Positions 1-8,306 of a stretch of DNA of 22,492 bases are shown here, piece after piece. The stretch lies in the IMG/VR virus record IMGVR_UViG_2671180963_000005; one strand, given 5' to 3'. Each line of letters begins with the position of its first letter. Positions within the stretch are counted from its first letter, which is position 1. Both the position numbers and the translations under genes were made by a program. Under the pieces are notes generated by a model. That model was given only the letters and a program-made list of their open reading frames with translations. It was not told the DNA's origin and searched no databases. The DNA is from a virus (taxonomy: Duplodnaviria > Heunggongvirae > Uroviricota > Caudoviricetes).

Positions 1-1284
1 TTACTTCTTCGCCTCTGCAACCACTTTACTACCCACGCCGCGGTTATTGTATTCCCACATGCGGTTGTAGTTAGTGTCATTCAGATTGCGCTGTATTTCG
101 TCGTTATCATCTACGCTGCCGGTATTACCCGCAAACGGACGATTAGAGATCACCGCATCGGCCCACGGTTTAGCCGTGTTAAAACCTTCGTTGATGGCGC
201 TATCACGGATCACCACCTGACCGTTGGTATTGGCATCAACATCCAGCGAGCGGCCCAGTTGCGCCACACCATCACCGAAAGCATTGAAACGGCTGTTTAC
301 GGCGAGGAAACCGTAGTAAATGTTGGACAGCGTAGCCGGTGCAAACACATACGCTTCTTGCTGAGTACGTGAGTTCACCACGCGGAATTCGGTGTTATCG
401 AACACCACTGCGCCGCGACCAGAAACGATATCCACATCCCCTTCAATGTAGCTGTTGGTCACCAGCGTACGCGGCTGACGATTTGTTTCCAGACGGTTCT
501 GCACACCGCTGTTGGTGACAAAGAAGGTGTTCTGACGACCGAGAATGTTAACGTTGTTAATCTGTACCTGGTCACCATCAGTACGCAGTGCCACCGCCGG
601 ATGGTTACCTGCATCTACGCTATCGCCCAGCGTGTTTTCGATGGTCAGATTTTGCAGTTGCAGGCCATTGTTTTGTGACCAGAAGACCGCAGAGCAGAGA
701 ACACCGATACTGTCGCTGCGTTTGCTCTGGCAGCTATCGTACATATACCACGCTGGTTTACCTGGCATATATTTGCCGCGCGGGTTGACGTCGTGACGCC
801 AGTCGGCAGGGCTCATGCCACCATCAAGGGAAAGCCCAATCTTCACATCAATCGGTTTTTCACCTGTACCGTACAGAGTAATTCCACCCGGAGCGGCAGG
901 GACATATACCGTTCCCTGATACTCACCAGGCATCACGGCAATATACTGGCGCTTGTTGGTACGCTTGATAATTGCCGCATCTACCGCCGCCTGAATCGTG
1001 GTATGCGTTACACCTTGAGTGCCCGCCGGGCCGACAACAAAGTCAGGTTGCGCAGGCAGGGTAATCGGGGAAGGATTCCACGCTGCAGCACCTGGTGTCA
1101 GGGATGCAAAATAGTGTTGAGCATCGAAATTCTGCGCTTCTTTTGCCGACAGAATCGGGCGAGAAGAGGTACCAGGCGCGGTTTGATCAGAAGGACGTTG
1201 ATCGGGCGGGGTTGAGCTACAGGCGGTCAGCGTCACGCCAAAAGCCAATGCCAGCGCCAGACGGGAAACTGAAAATGTGTTCAC
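1..1284 (-). CDS. ybhC: YbhC, pectinesterase-family outer-membrane lipoprotein (host gene flanking lambda attB)
   Basis: Complete 427-aa ORF with stop at 1-3; N-terminal signal peptide with lipobox LTAC; sequence recognised from memory as E. coli YbhC; its start lies 47 bp from the att core, as at the K-12 attB locus. Confidence 0.85.
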   Translation of the reverse strand: MNTFSVSRLALALAFGVTLTACSSTPPDQRPSDQTAPGTSSRPILSAKEAQNFDAQHYFASLTPGAAAWNPSPITLPAQPDFVVGPAGTQGVTHTTIQAAVDAAIIKRTNKRQYIAVMPGEYQGTVYVPAAPGGITLYGTGEKPIDVKIGLSLDGGMSPADWRHDVNPRGKYMPGKPAWYMYDSCQSKRSDSIGVLCSAVFWSQNNGLQLQNLTIENTLGDSVDAGNHPAVALRTDGDQVQINNVNILGRQNTFFVTNSGVQNRLETNRQPRTLVTNSYIEGDVDIVSGRGAVVFDNTEFRVVNSRTQQEAYVFAPATLSNIYYGFLAVNSRFNAFGDGVAQLGRSLDVDANTNGQVVIRDSAINEGFNTAKPWADAVISNRPFAGNTGSVDDNDEIQRNLNDTNYNRMWEYNNRGVGSKVVAEAKK

Positions 1285-1309
1285 AGGTTGCTCCGGGCTA
1301 TGAAATAGA

Positions 1310-1422
1310 AAAATGAATCCGTTGAAGCCTGCTTTTTTATACTAAGTTGGCATTATAAAAAAGCATTGCTTATCAATTTGTTGCAACGAACAGGTCACTA
1401 TCAGTCAAAATAAAATCATTAT
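1310..1422. other. attL (B-O-P') of a lambda-att integrated prophage: core GCTTTTTTATACTAA at 1331-1345, P' arm-type Int sites at about 1392-1422
   Basis: Exact lambda 15-bp core seen in sequence, flanked on the left by the attB B-arm (tgaagcct) and on the right by lambda P' arm sequence gttggcattataaaaaagcattgcttatcaatttgttgcaacgaacaggtcactatcagtcaaaataaaatcatta. Confidence 0.92.
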
Positions 1423-2579
1423 TTGATTTCAATTTTGTCCCACTCCCTGCCTCTGTCATCACGATACTGTGATGCCATGGTGTCCGACTTATGCCCGAGA
1501 AGATGTTGAGCAAACTTATCGCTTATCTGCTTCTCATAGAGTCTTGCAGACAAACTGCGCAACTCGTGAAAGGTAGGCGGATCCCCTTCGAAGGAAAGAC
1601 CTGATGCTTTTCGTGCGCGCATAAAATACCTTGATACTGTGCCGGATGAAAGCGGTTCGCGACGAGTAGATGCAATTATGGTTTCTCCGCCAAGAATCTC
1701 TTTGCATTTATCAAGTGTTTCCTTCATTGATATTCCGAGAGCATCAACATGCAATGCTGTTGGGATGGCAATTTTTACGCCTGTTTTGCTTTGCTCGACA
1801 TAAAGATATCCATCTACGATATCAGACCACTTCATTTCGCATAAATCACCAACTCGTTGCCCGGTAACAACAGCCAGTTCCATTGCAAGTCTGAGCCAAC
1901 ATGGTGATGATTCTGCTGCTTGATAAATTTTCAGGTATTCGTCAGCCGTAAGTCTTGATCTCCTTACCTCTGATTTTGCTGCGCGAGTGGCAGCGACAGG
2001 GTTTGTTGTTATATGGCCTTCAGCTATTGCCTCTCGGAATGCATCGCTCAGTGTTGATCTGATTAACTTGGCTGACGCCGCCTTGCCCTCGTTTATGTAT
2101 CCATTGAGCATTGCCGCAATTTCTTTTGTGGTGATGTCTTCAAGTGGAGCATCAGGCAGACCCCTCCTTATTGCTTTAATTTTGCTCATGTAATTTATGA
2201 GTGTCTTCTGTTTGATTCCTCTGCTGGCCAGGATTTTTTCGTAGCGATCAAGCCATGAATGTAACGTAACGGAATTATCACTGTTGATTCTCGCTGTCAG
2301 AGGCTTGTGTTTGTGTCCTGAAAATAACTCAATGTTGGCCTGTATAGCTTCAGTGATTGCGATTCGCCTGTCTCTGCCTAATCCAAACTCTTTAATGGCT
2401 TTTTTGCTGGCCCCGTGGCGTTGCAAATGATCGATACATAGCGATTCAAACAGGTGCTGGGGCAGGCCTTTTTCCATGTCGTCTGCCAGTTCTGCCTCTT
2501 TCTCTTCACGGGCGATCTGCTGGTAGTGACGCGCCCAGCTCTGAGCCTCAAGACGATCCTGAATGTAATAAGCGTTCAT
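1419..2579 (-). CDS. int: Tyrosine integrase, lambda Int family; residues from [10 protein letters not shown] onward are lambda Int, the first ~62 residues are unrelated to the lambda arm-binding domain
   Basis: 386-aa ORF; C-terminal ~325 aa match lambda Int as remembered (…[28 protein letters not shown]); stop overlaps the P' arm as in lambda; own SD (caggag) 7 nt upstream of the ATG at 2579. Confidence 0.9.
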   Translation of the reverse strand: MNAYYIQDRLEAQSWARHYQQIAREEKEAELADDMEKGLPQHLFESLCIDHLQRHGASKKAIKEFGLGRDRRIAITEAIQANIELFSGHKHKPLTARINSDNSVTLHSWLDRYEKILASRGIKQKTLINYMSKIKAIRRGLPDAPLEDITTKEIAAMLNGYINEGKAASAKLIRSTLSDAFREAIAEGHITTNPVAATRAAKSEVRRSRLTADEYLKIYQAAESSPCWLRLAMELAVVTGQRVGDLCEMKWSDIVDGYLYVEQSKTGVKIAIPTALHVDALGISMKETLDKCKEILGGETIIASTRREPLSSGTVSRYFMRARKASGLSFEGDPPTFHELRSLSARLYEKQISDKFAQHLLGHKSDTMASQYRDDRGREWDKIEIK

Positions 2580-2654
2580 GGCTGAACTCCTGAAAATGGC
2601 TGTGAAAAAATCGCCCGCGGAATGCCAGGCTGATTCGGAAAACAGGAAAGGGGA

Positions 2655-2945
2655 TTAGTGATTCAGACCGTTGCCGCGTCCGTCGAGAAAAACTTCCACG
2701 AGCAAGTCACGGGTATAAGTGCGCTCAATGCCGCGATGCAGATAAAGTCGTCCGTGTAAATTAGCTGATGCAGTCCAGGTACCATCTTTGCGTTTGACCA
2801 GCATTCCTGGCATGACCGCACCGCGATTAACGGTCTGCGTTCCGTAATGTTGATGAACCATAAAAACTCCTGCCCGTAAGCTGGGCTGCTGAACATATAA
2901 AGACTTCTGCGCGTATTCAGGCGGTGGATGGCCGCCGGTTGTCAT
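2655..2945 (-). CDS. Hypothetical protein in the xis position directly upstream of int; no confident homology
   Basis: 96-aa ORF ending 75 bp upstream of int on the same strand; not lambda Xis; function not recognised. Confidence 0.3.
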   Translation of the reverse strand: MTTGGHPPPEYAQKSLYVQQPSLRAGVFMVHQHYGTQTVNRGAVMPGMLVKRKDGTWTASANLHGRLYLHRGIERTYTRDLLVEVFLDGRGNGLNH

Positions 2946-3140
2946 AACTAAGCCGCCTCGTTGAAGCGACTAAGGTATGAAATGTTGAGTTGATTTCAGC
3001 TGGTCACACCGACGTTCACGCGTCCGTTTCATCCCTCGCACTCCCCGAAGCCTGCTGAAATTCAAGCTGCGGATCTAAGCGGTCATCGCAACGGTGAATC
3101 AGGTGGTTGCCGTATCGTTGTGTTGTTGCGATATGGTGAT

Positions 3141-3181
3141 AATAGCTATTGCTATTGGTGATATCAATGCTTATTGCTATT
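3141..3181. promoter_or_regulatory. OL-like operator region: two TTGCTATT motifs 25 bp apart (3149-3156, 3174-3181) plus inverted repeat ATAGC-N4-GCTAT (3142-3155)
   Basis: The same motif pair with identical 25-bp spacing recurs in the cI/cro intergenic region (5729-5736, 5754-5761). Confidence 0.45.
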
Positions 3182-3308
3182 AGTTGATGTGTTTTGATAT
3201 TAAATGTTTGATAGCAAAAAGAATTAATTTTGTGACTTGCATCGCATAGCGATAACTGAAGTGAGGTCGTGGTGGTTTTTTGAACGGTTTGTGTGATGGG
3301 GGGAGGGC

Positions 3309-3335
3309 AAAAGAAAACCCGGCACGGTAGCCGGG
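3309..3335 (-). terminator. Rho-independent terminator at the end of the cI-TAC leftward operon
   Basis: On the minus strand: stem CCCGGC, loop taccgt, stem GCCGGG, followed by TTTTCTTTT, immediately after the stop of the SecB-like ORF. Confidence 0.7.
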
Positions 3336-3349
3336 AGTTATATTTGAAT

Positions 3350-3853
3350 TTAATCTAATGAAGGTATGTCTGATTTATTGAATTTAAAGAATGGTATAGC
3401 TATTGTAGTAATTCCCATTCTGGATGTGCTGTTTTGAACATACTCTCGCCAAAAAGGCCATACATTAAAACCTACATTTTGCTTAGCAAATTCTTCTAAC
3501 TCTTCTTTAGATAATTCTCTCTTTGAGCGATATATCGCCTCAAAAATTGCTTCTATAGAAAAAATTGTATCAACATCATTTTCGTCTTTAGATGTTTCTT
3601 CGGATTTTGCAATAAATCTAAGCCCAACTGAGTAGTGAAAAGAGTAATATAGCTCATTTTTTAATGAGTCATCGTCACTTACTAATTCAATAGCTTCGAT
3701 TTTTTTTATCTTACGAAATGATTGTGTTTGCTTATTTATGCTGTTGAAGTTAAAGCTATTATACCCTTCAGAAAAAGCAAAGTTAGATTCTCTGATATTG
3801 ATATGCATTATTGATAATGCGTCTATTGCTGATCTAAGAAGTTCATTCATCAT
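3350..3853 (-). CDS. SecB-like chaperone, third component of a toxin-antitoxin-chaperone (TAC) module
   Basis: 167-aa ORF; start ATG overlaps the antitoxin stop (ATGA coupling); by-eye similarity to E. coli SecB (IMHINIRESNFAF vs IQRIYTKDISFE; IFSIEAIFE vs IFSIAGIEG; VWPFWREYVQNSTSRMGITTIAIPFFKF vs [28 protein letters not shown]); AT-rich. Confidence 0.65.
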   Translation of the reverse strand: MMNELLRSAIDALSIMHINIRESNFAFSEGYNSFNFNSINKQTQSFRKIKKIEAIELVSDDDSLKNELYYSFHYSVGLRFIAKSEETSKDENDVDTIFSIEAIFEAIYRSKRELSKEELEEFAKQNVGFNVWPFWREYVQNSTSRMGITTIAIPFFKFNKSDIPSLD

Positions 3854-4458
3854 GCTACCCGCTTAGCAACAGTTTTTATCTTTATTGATGTTTGATTCAT
3901 TTTTGTTTGGGCTGGTGATTTGCTGTCAAATCCCTGATCATCGTTTTCAAATTGTGCTTTTGCTTCAGATTTCCATATAGGTAAAGATTTAGATGATGAG
4001 ACTGTTCTTTCAACTTTGATTTCGCCAGATAATTCCCGTAACCTTTTGAATGCATCAGGAACTTCTGCTGCTAAACGCATCAGTTTATCCATTGCTTCTG
4101 ATTGAATGACATCATCAGATTCATACTTGGAAAATGCCTTAGGCCCCCCACCAAATATAGAGGATGCCTTTTGCTGGGTTATCATCCATACTTCAGTTCT
4201 AATTTTTTTTAATTCTTTTCCTGTTAAAAGTCCATCGATAGACTTTTTGTATTCATTGAAAATTCGTTTGTTTTCTCGTAAATCGACTGGTGTGGCAGTT
4301 TCCGAACCACATTGATCACACACAGAAAACCTTATTGGGAGATTTTTTGTTTCCCCTTTATAAGTAACATCATCATACTCCATCTCCACGGTGAGATGAC
4401 CTACACCACAAACTGGACATATGTTGTTGTTTCTCATATAAAAATCCTCATTTATCAT
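3850..4458 (-). CDS. MqsA-like antitoxin (zinc-ribbon N-domain plus HTH-XRE domain) with ~65-aa C-terminal extension (putative chaperone-addiction tail)
   Basis: CPVCG…CDQCG zinc-binding motifs and HTH region ITQQKASSIFGGGPKAFSKYE matching MqsA LTQKEASEIFGGGVNAFSRYE; protein ~70 aa longer than the 131-aa MqsA; start taken as the ATG at 4456-4458 (a GTG at 4459-4461 is an alternative); abuts the toxin stop. Confidence 0.75.
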   Translation of the reverse strand: MINEDFYMRNNNICPVCGVGHLTVEMEYDDVTYKGETKNLPIRFSVCDQCGSETATPVDLRENKRIFNEYKKSIDGLLTGKELKKIRTEVWMITQQKASSIFGGGPKAFSKYESDDVIQSEAMDKLMRLAAEVPDAFKRLRELSGEIKVERTVSSSKSLPIWKSEAKAQFENDDQGFDSKSPAQTKMNQTSIKIKTVAKRVA

Positions 4459-4461
4459 CAC

Positions 4462-4872
4462 TCAATTAGAGAGATGAAGAGATACTGTAAGCACTACATT
4501 GCCAGTAATGTTTACAAAAAATTTAATGTAGAACTCGTTATTAAGTTCTTTATGCATAGCTTGGCACCAAAATGAGTGCTCAAAGCTATAAGCATCACAA
4601 GCTGCCCATACACCTGGTTTACTGCCTTGACACCATTCTGAACCTAGAAATCTCCCTTTAGTGACTGCTTTTATCACCATAGATTTGATGTCATCTGCAT
4701 CTAAAGAAAGCGATTGAACATCCCTGATACACCGTCTAGTCCAAGGCAGTGTGTCACATTCATCAATCAAATCAATGATATCTAAATAAAGCGGACCACC
4801 TTGAATCTTTCTGTCCTCGCCATCACGGGGAGGAGTTCCCACATATCTGCTAAGAATCATACTTGTTACCAT
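4462..4872 (-). CDS. MqsR-like (RelE-fold) toxin, first gene of the TAC module
   Basis: 136-aa ORF immediately upstream of the MqsA-like gene in toxin-first order as in mqsRA; C-terminal YIKFFVNITGNVVLTVSLH resembles MqsR YLKITVIHDVLIVSFKE; alternative start at ATG 4860. Confidence 0.6.
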   Translation of the reverse strand: MVTSMILSRYVGTPPRDGEDRKIQGGPLYLDIIDLIDECDTLPWTRRCIRDVQSLSLDADDIKSMVIKAVTKGRFLGSEWCQGSKPGVWAACDAYSFEHSFWCQAMHKELNNEFYIKFFVNITGNVVLTVSLHLSN

Positions 4873-4991
4873 TATGGTAAGTCTAGTCTAAAAGCACGTG
4901 CATATTGTTTTTTTGTGCTGTATGTAAGTTACTCGTCGATCTGCAACTGTGAGTCTGGATAGCTTACAAAATAGAGTTGACACGTCCTTCA

Positions 4992-5684
4992 CTACCCATG
5001 CTTCCTATACGTCTGCGGCATGCTTCCGATGACTTTCCCGAAGATGAATACCCGGTTCATCTCGTCTTTCTCGATCGGGTCCCACGGTGAGTAGCTCTTG
5101 TTATCAGAGATAACTAGCAGCTTATCCTTCATCATTTGCAGGCGCTTTACATGGGCTGTGTCGTCATACAGAAACGCATAGATACCATCACCGTCGAAAG
5201 ATTTAACCGTGATATCAACGAACAGAAGATCACCTGGTTCGATCGTTCCTGACATGCTGTCACCGCGTACGTTAATGATGCGGATATTTTCTGCCTTCCT
5301 ACCATCGAACATGTGACGAGCATCGTCAAACGAGTACTCAACCGAGCGTAGAACTTCTACAAACTCACGGTTGATGACTCCCGGCCCGGCACTGACTTCT
5401 ATATCAAGAACGTCAATTTTGAAGTATTTTGAATGGCTGACAGCAGGCTTCCCTGATTGTTGACCGTCATTTCTCATCGGGCCTATGCCTGATGAGAGCC
5501 ATTCTGTTCGAACACCCAATGCATTAGCTATTTCAACAATTTTTGTTGAGCCGCGAGCGTTGCCGCTTGTCAGTCTCCAGATTGTGGGTTGAGCTACGCC
5601 AGACGCCTTTGCAAGAGCGCCTTGAGACATTCCAGATTGTTCCATCGCTAGGTTTAAGCGATCAGCAAGAGTTTCTTTTTTCAT
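4992..5684 (-). CDS. CI-like prophage repressor (HTH-XRE N-domain plus LexA/S24 peptidase C-domain)
   Basis: HTH MSQGALAKASGVAQPTIWRL; S24 motifs GDSM and K-R; divergent to a Cro-like gene; first ATG at 5684 (ORF track extends to a TTG at 5720); likely a leaderless or short-leader mRNA as for lambda cI. Confidence 0.8.
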   Translation of the reverse strand: MKKETLADRLNLAMEQSGMSQGALAKASGVAQPTIWRLTSGNARGSTKIVEIANALGVRTEWLSSGIGPMRNDGQQSGKPAVSHSKYFKIDVLDIEVSAGPGVINREFVEVLRSVEYSFDDARHMFDGRKAENIRIINVRGDSMSGTIEPGDLLFVDITVKSFDGDGIYAFLYDDTAHVKRLQMMKDKLLVISDNKSYSPWDPIEKDEMNRVFIFGKVIGSMPQTYRKHG

Positions 5685-5794
5685 AAGTTTTAATTTATAC
5701 GCTTGCGTATTGATGGTCAAAACACGTTTTGCTATTGCTTGGATTAATACGCATTGCTATTATTCATTCATTGCAATACCAATAGGAATTGATA
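5685..5794. promoter_or_regulatory. Divergent cI/cro promoter-operator region (OR-like): inverted repeat ATACGC-tt-GCGTAT at 5697-5710; TTGCTATT motifs at 5729-5736 and 5754-5761
   Basis: Perfect 6-bp inverted repeat with 2-bp spacer; repeated motifs shared with the 3141-3181 region; lies between divergently transcribed repressor and Cro-like genes. Confidence 0.6.
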
Positions 5795-6022
5795 ATGACA
5801 AATCAAACCATTCAACTCGCAATCAGTATTACAGGTAGTCAAAAACGACTGGCAGATCTATGCGGTGTAGCCCAACCCACAGTTTGGCGTTGGCTACACG
5901 GTGGCGGAATTGATGCCCGCTATGTAATGAAAATTGTCTCAGCCACTGGTGGAAAGATTAAACCAGCAGATATTCGTCCCGACCTCGCACCATTGTTTAA
6001 CGCGAGTAATTCTGCCGCCTAA
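5795..6022 (+). CDS. Cro/YdaS-like HTH regulator
   Basis: 75-aa ORF with HTH (QKRLADLCGVAQPTVWRW); SD AGGAA 6 nt upstream of the ATG at 5795; divergent from the repressor. Confidence 0.7.
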   Translation: MTNQTIQLAISITGSQKRLADLCGVAQPTVWRWLHGGGIDARYVMKIVSATGGKIKPADIRPDLAPLFNASNSAA

Positions 6023-6046
6023 ACTGCGGCGTTAACTGATAAGGCA

Positions 6047-6592
6047 ATGACTATGCAACCACTTACATACCAACAGACTAGCGGATTTAGCCCGACTGCG
6101 GTGATAAATCGTTCTCAAACAAAACAGGCGCCAGGCCACGAAAAAATCCGTGATGCCGTTCGCGCCTGGTCGGCTGCAGATAATCAGGATGTTGTTGCCG
6201 CACTCATTGTGAATGAGTATCGGGAGCAGGGCGGCGGCACCATCGATTTCCCTGATGATGTCAGCCGTGCACGCCAGAAGCTGTTCCGCTTCCTCGATAA
6301 CAAATTCGATTCTGAAAAATACCGAAATAACGTGCGTGAACTGACCCCGGCAATTCTGGCGGTACTACCGCTGGAATATCGCGGCCACCTGGTTGAGCAG
6401 GATAGCTACATGGCTCGGCTGGCTGAAATGGAAAAGGAACTCAGTGAGGCAAAACAGGCTGTCATTCTCAACGCACCACGCCACCAGAAACTGAAGGAGA
6501 TGAGTGAAGGCATTGTGTCGATGTTTCGTGTGGACCCGGATTTGGCTGGTCCACTGATGGCGATGGTCACCACCATGCTGGGGGCAATATGA
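6047..6592 (+). CDS. YdaT-like protein (CII-position regulator of Rac-type immunity regions)
   Basis: Central region IVNEYREQGGG…ELTPAILAVLPLEYRGHLVEQDS resembles Rac YdaT as remembered; located in the cII position between cro-like and O. Confidence 0.55.
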   Translation: MTMQPLTYQQTSGFSPTAVINRSQTKQAPGHEKIRDAVRAWSAADNQDVVAALIVNEYREQGGGTIDFPDDVSRARQKLFRFLDNKFDSEKYRNNVRELTPAILAVLPLEYRGHLVEQDSYMARLAEMEKELSEAKQAVILNAPRHQKLKEMSEGIVSMFRVDPDLAGPLMAMVTTMLGAI

Positions 6593-6678
6593 CAGGTTCG
6601 GAAATGGCGAAAGCCGGTCTGCGCGAACAGAACCGACTTTCAGGTGCAAATCGTAACACACTCATTGCGGGAGGAATT

Positions 6679-7608
6679 ATGGCAAACACTGCTGAGATAT
6701 TCAATTTTCCAGTGCCGGATGTGGCACAAAAGGAGCGGCGCGTGGCAGATCTCGACGATGGTTATACGCGCATTGCAAATGAGTTGCTGGAAGCTGTGAT
6801 GCTGGCCGGATTAACACAGCACCAGCTTCTGGTCTTCCTGGCTGTCATGCGCAAAACATATGGCTTTAATAAAAGACTGGATTGGGTGAGCAACGAGCAA
6901 CTTTCCGAATTGACCGGGATATTGCCGCACAAGTGTTCTGCTGCAAAAAGCGTTCTGGTAAAGCGTGGGATTCTTATTCAGAGCGGGCGGAATATCGGCA
7001 TTAATAATGTGGTCAGTGAATGGTCAACATTACCCGAATCAGGTAAGAAAAATAAAGTTTACCTGAAAGAGGTAAATTTACCTGAATCAGGTAAAAAAAG
7101 TTTACCCAAATCAGGTAAAGGCGTTTACCCGAATCAGGTAAACACAAAAGACAAACTAACAAAAGACAATATAAAACCTTTTTCGTCCGAGAATTCTGGC
7201 GAATCCTCTGACCAACCAGAAAACGATCTTCCTGTGGTGAAACCGGATGCTGCAATTCAGAGCGGCAGCAAGTGGGGGACAGCAGAAGACCTGACCGCCG
7301 CAGAGTGGATGTTTGACATGGTGAAGACCATCGCGCCATCAGCCAGAAAACCGAATTTTGCAGGGTGGGCTAACGATATCCGCCTGATGCGTGAACGTGA
7401 CGGACGTAACCACCGCGACATGTGCGTGCTGTTCCGCTGGGCATGCCAGGACAACTTCTGGTCCGGTAACGTGCTAAGTCCGGCCAAACTCCGCGACAAG
7501 TGGACCCAGCTCGAAATCAACCGAAACAAGCAACAGGCTGGCGTGACAGCCGGCAAACCAAAACTCGACCTGACGAACACTGACTGGATTTACGGGGTGG
7601 AGCTATGA
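6679..7608 (+). CDS. O: Replication initiator O (hybrid: divergent iteron-binding N-domain, lambda-like P-interacting C-domain)
   Basis: N-terminus aligns with the lambda O start (…VADLDDGY…); C-terminal ~130 aa match lambda O; SD GGGAGG before the ATG at 6679 (an in-frame ATG at 6589 overlapping the upstream stop is an alternative start); iterons inside the gene. Confidence 0.85.
   Translation: MANTAEIFNFPVPDVAQKERRVADLDDGYTRIANELLEAVMLAGLTQHQLLVFLAVMRKTYGFNKRLDWVSNEQLSELTGILPHKCSAAKSVLVKRGILIQSGRNIGINNVVSEWSTLPESGKKNKVYLKEVNLPESGKKSLPKSGKGVYPNQVNTKDKLTKDNIKPFSSENSGESSDQPENDLPVVKPDAAIQSGSKWGTAEDLTAAEWMFDMVKTIAPSARKPNFAGWANDIRLMRERDGRNHRDMCVLFRWACQDNFWSGNVLSPAKLRDKWTQLEINRNKQQAGVTAGKPKLDLTNTDWIYGVEL
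7030..7141. repeat. Replication origin iterons: five copies of TTACC(C/T)(G/A)A(A)(T/A)(C/G)AGGTAA at 7030, 7059, 7078, 7102 and 7125, followed by an A-rich tract (7142-7195)
   Basis: Direct repeats seen in sequence, each internally palindromic (TTACC…GGTAA), inside the O gene and encoding the LPESGKK repeats; same architecture as ori-lambda. Confidence 0.85.
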
Positions 7609-8306
7609 AAAACATCGCCGCACAGATGGTTAACTTTGACTGTGAGCAGATGCGCCGGATCGCCAACAACATGCCGGAACAGTACGACGAAAAGCCACAG
7701 GTACAGCAGGTAGCGCAGATCATCAACGGTGTGTTCAGCCAGTTACTGGCAACTTTCCCGGCGAGCCTGGCTAACCGTGACCAGAATGAACTGAACGAAA
7801 TCCGCCGCCAGTGGGTGCTGGCTTTTCGGGAAAACGGGATCACCACAATGGAACAGGTTAACGCTGGAATGCGCGTAGCCCGTCGGCAGAATCGACCATT
7901 CCTGCCATCACCCGGGCAGTTTGTCGCCTGGTGCCGGGAAGAAGCATCTGTTAACGCCGGGCTGCCAAACGTCAGCGAGCTGGTTGATATGGTTTACGAG
8001 TATTGCCGGAAGCGTGGCCTGTATCCGGATGCAGAGTCTTATCCGTGGAAATCGAACGCGCATTACTGGTTGGTTACCAACTTGTACCAGAACATGCGGG
8101 CCAATGCGCTGACTGACGCGGAATTACGGCGCAAGGCTGCCGATGAACTGACCTGTATGACAGCGCGAATTAACCGTGGTGAGACGATACCTGAACCAGT
8201 AAAACAACTTCCTGTTATGGGCGGTAGACCTCTAAATCGTGCACAGGCTCTGGCGAAGATCGCAGAAATTAAAGCTAAGTTCGGACTGAAAGGAGCAAGT
8301 GTATGA
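7605..8306 (+). CDS. P: Replication protein P (DnaB helicase loader)
   Basis: 233 aa, near-identical to lambda P as remembered (MKNIAAQMVNFD…AKFGLKGASV); ATGA overlap with the O stop. Confidence 0.95.
   Translation: MKNIAAQMVNFDCEQMRRIANNMPEQYDEKPQVQQVAQIINGVFSQLLATFPASLANRDQNELNEIRRQWVLAFRENGITTMEQVNAGMRVARRQNRPFLPSPGQFVAWCREEASVNAGLPNVSELVDMVYEYCRKRGLYPDAESYPWKSNAHYWLVTNLYQNMRANALTDAELRRKAADELTCMTARINRGETIPEPVKQLPVMGGRPLNRAQALAKIAEIKAKFGLKGASV

Noticed and set aside
545-1316. Plus-strand ORFs of 66-140 aa (545-796, 588-788, 793-1215, 1095-1316) inside ybhC
   Set aside because: They lie antisense to the well-supported ybhC coding sequence and are Arg/Cys-rich, typical of spurious frames; no start-site signals.
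4106-4575. Plus-strand ORFs antisense to the MqsA-like and MqsR-like genes
   Set aside because: AT-rich antisense frames with no homology or translation signals; the minus-strand genes have clear family motifs and translational coupling.
6593-6678. Possible oop-like antisense RNA between the YdaT-like gene and O
   Set aside because: I could not find a convincing minus-strand terminator hairpin with a T-run or a matching promoter in this interval.
7030-7141. Possible CRISPR-like array (regularly spaced repeats)
   Set aside because: The repeats are 17 bp, internally palindromic, irregularly spaced (19-29 bp) and lie inside the O coding sequence: these are replication iterons, not a CRISPR array.
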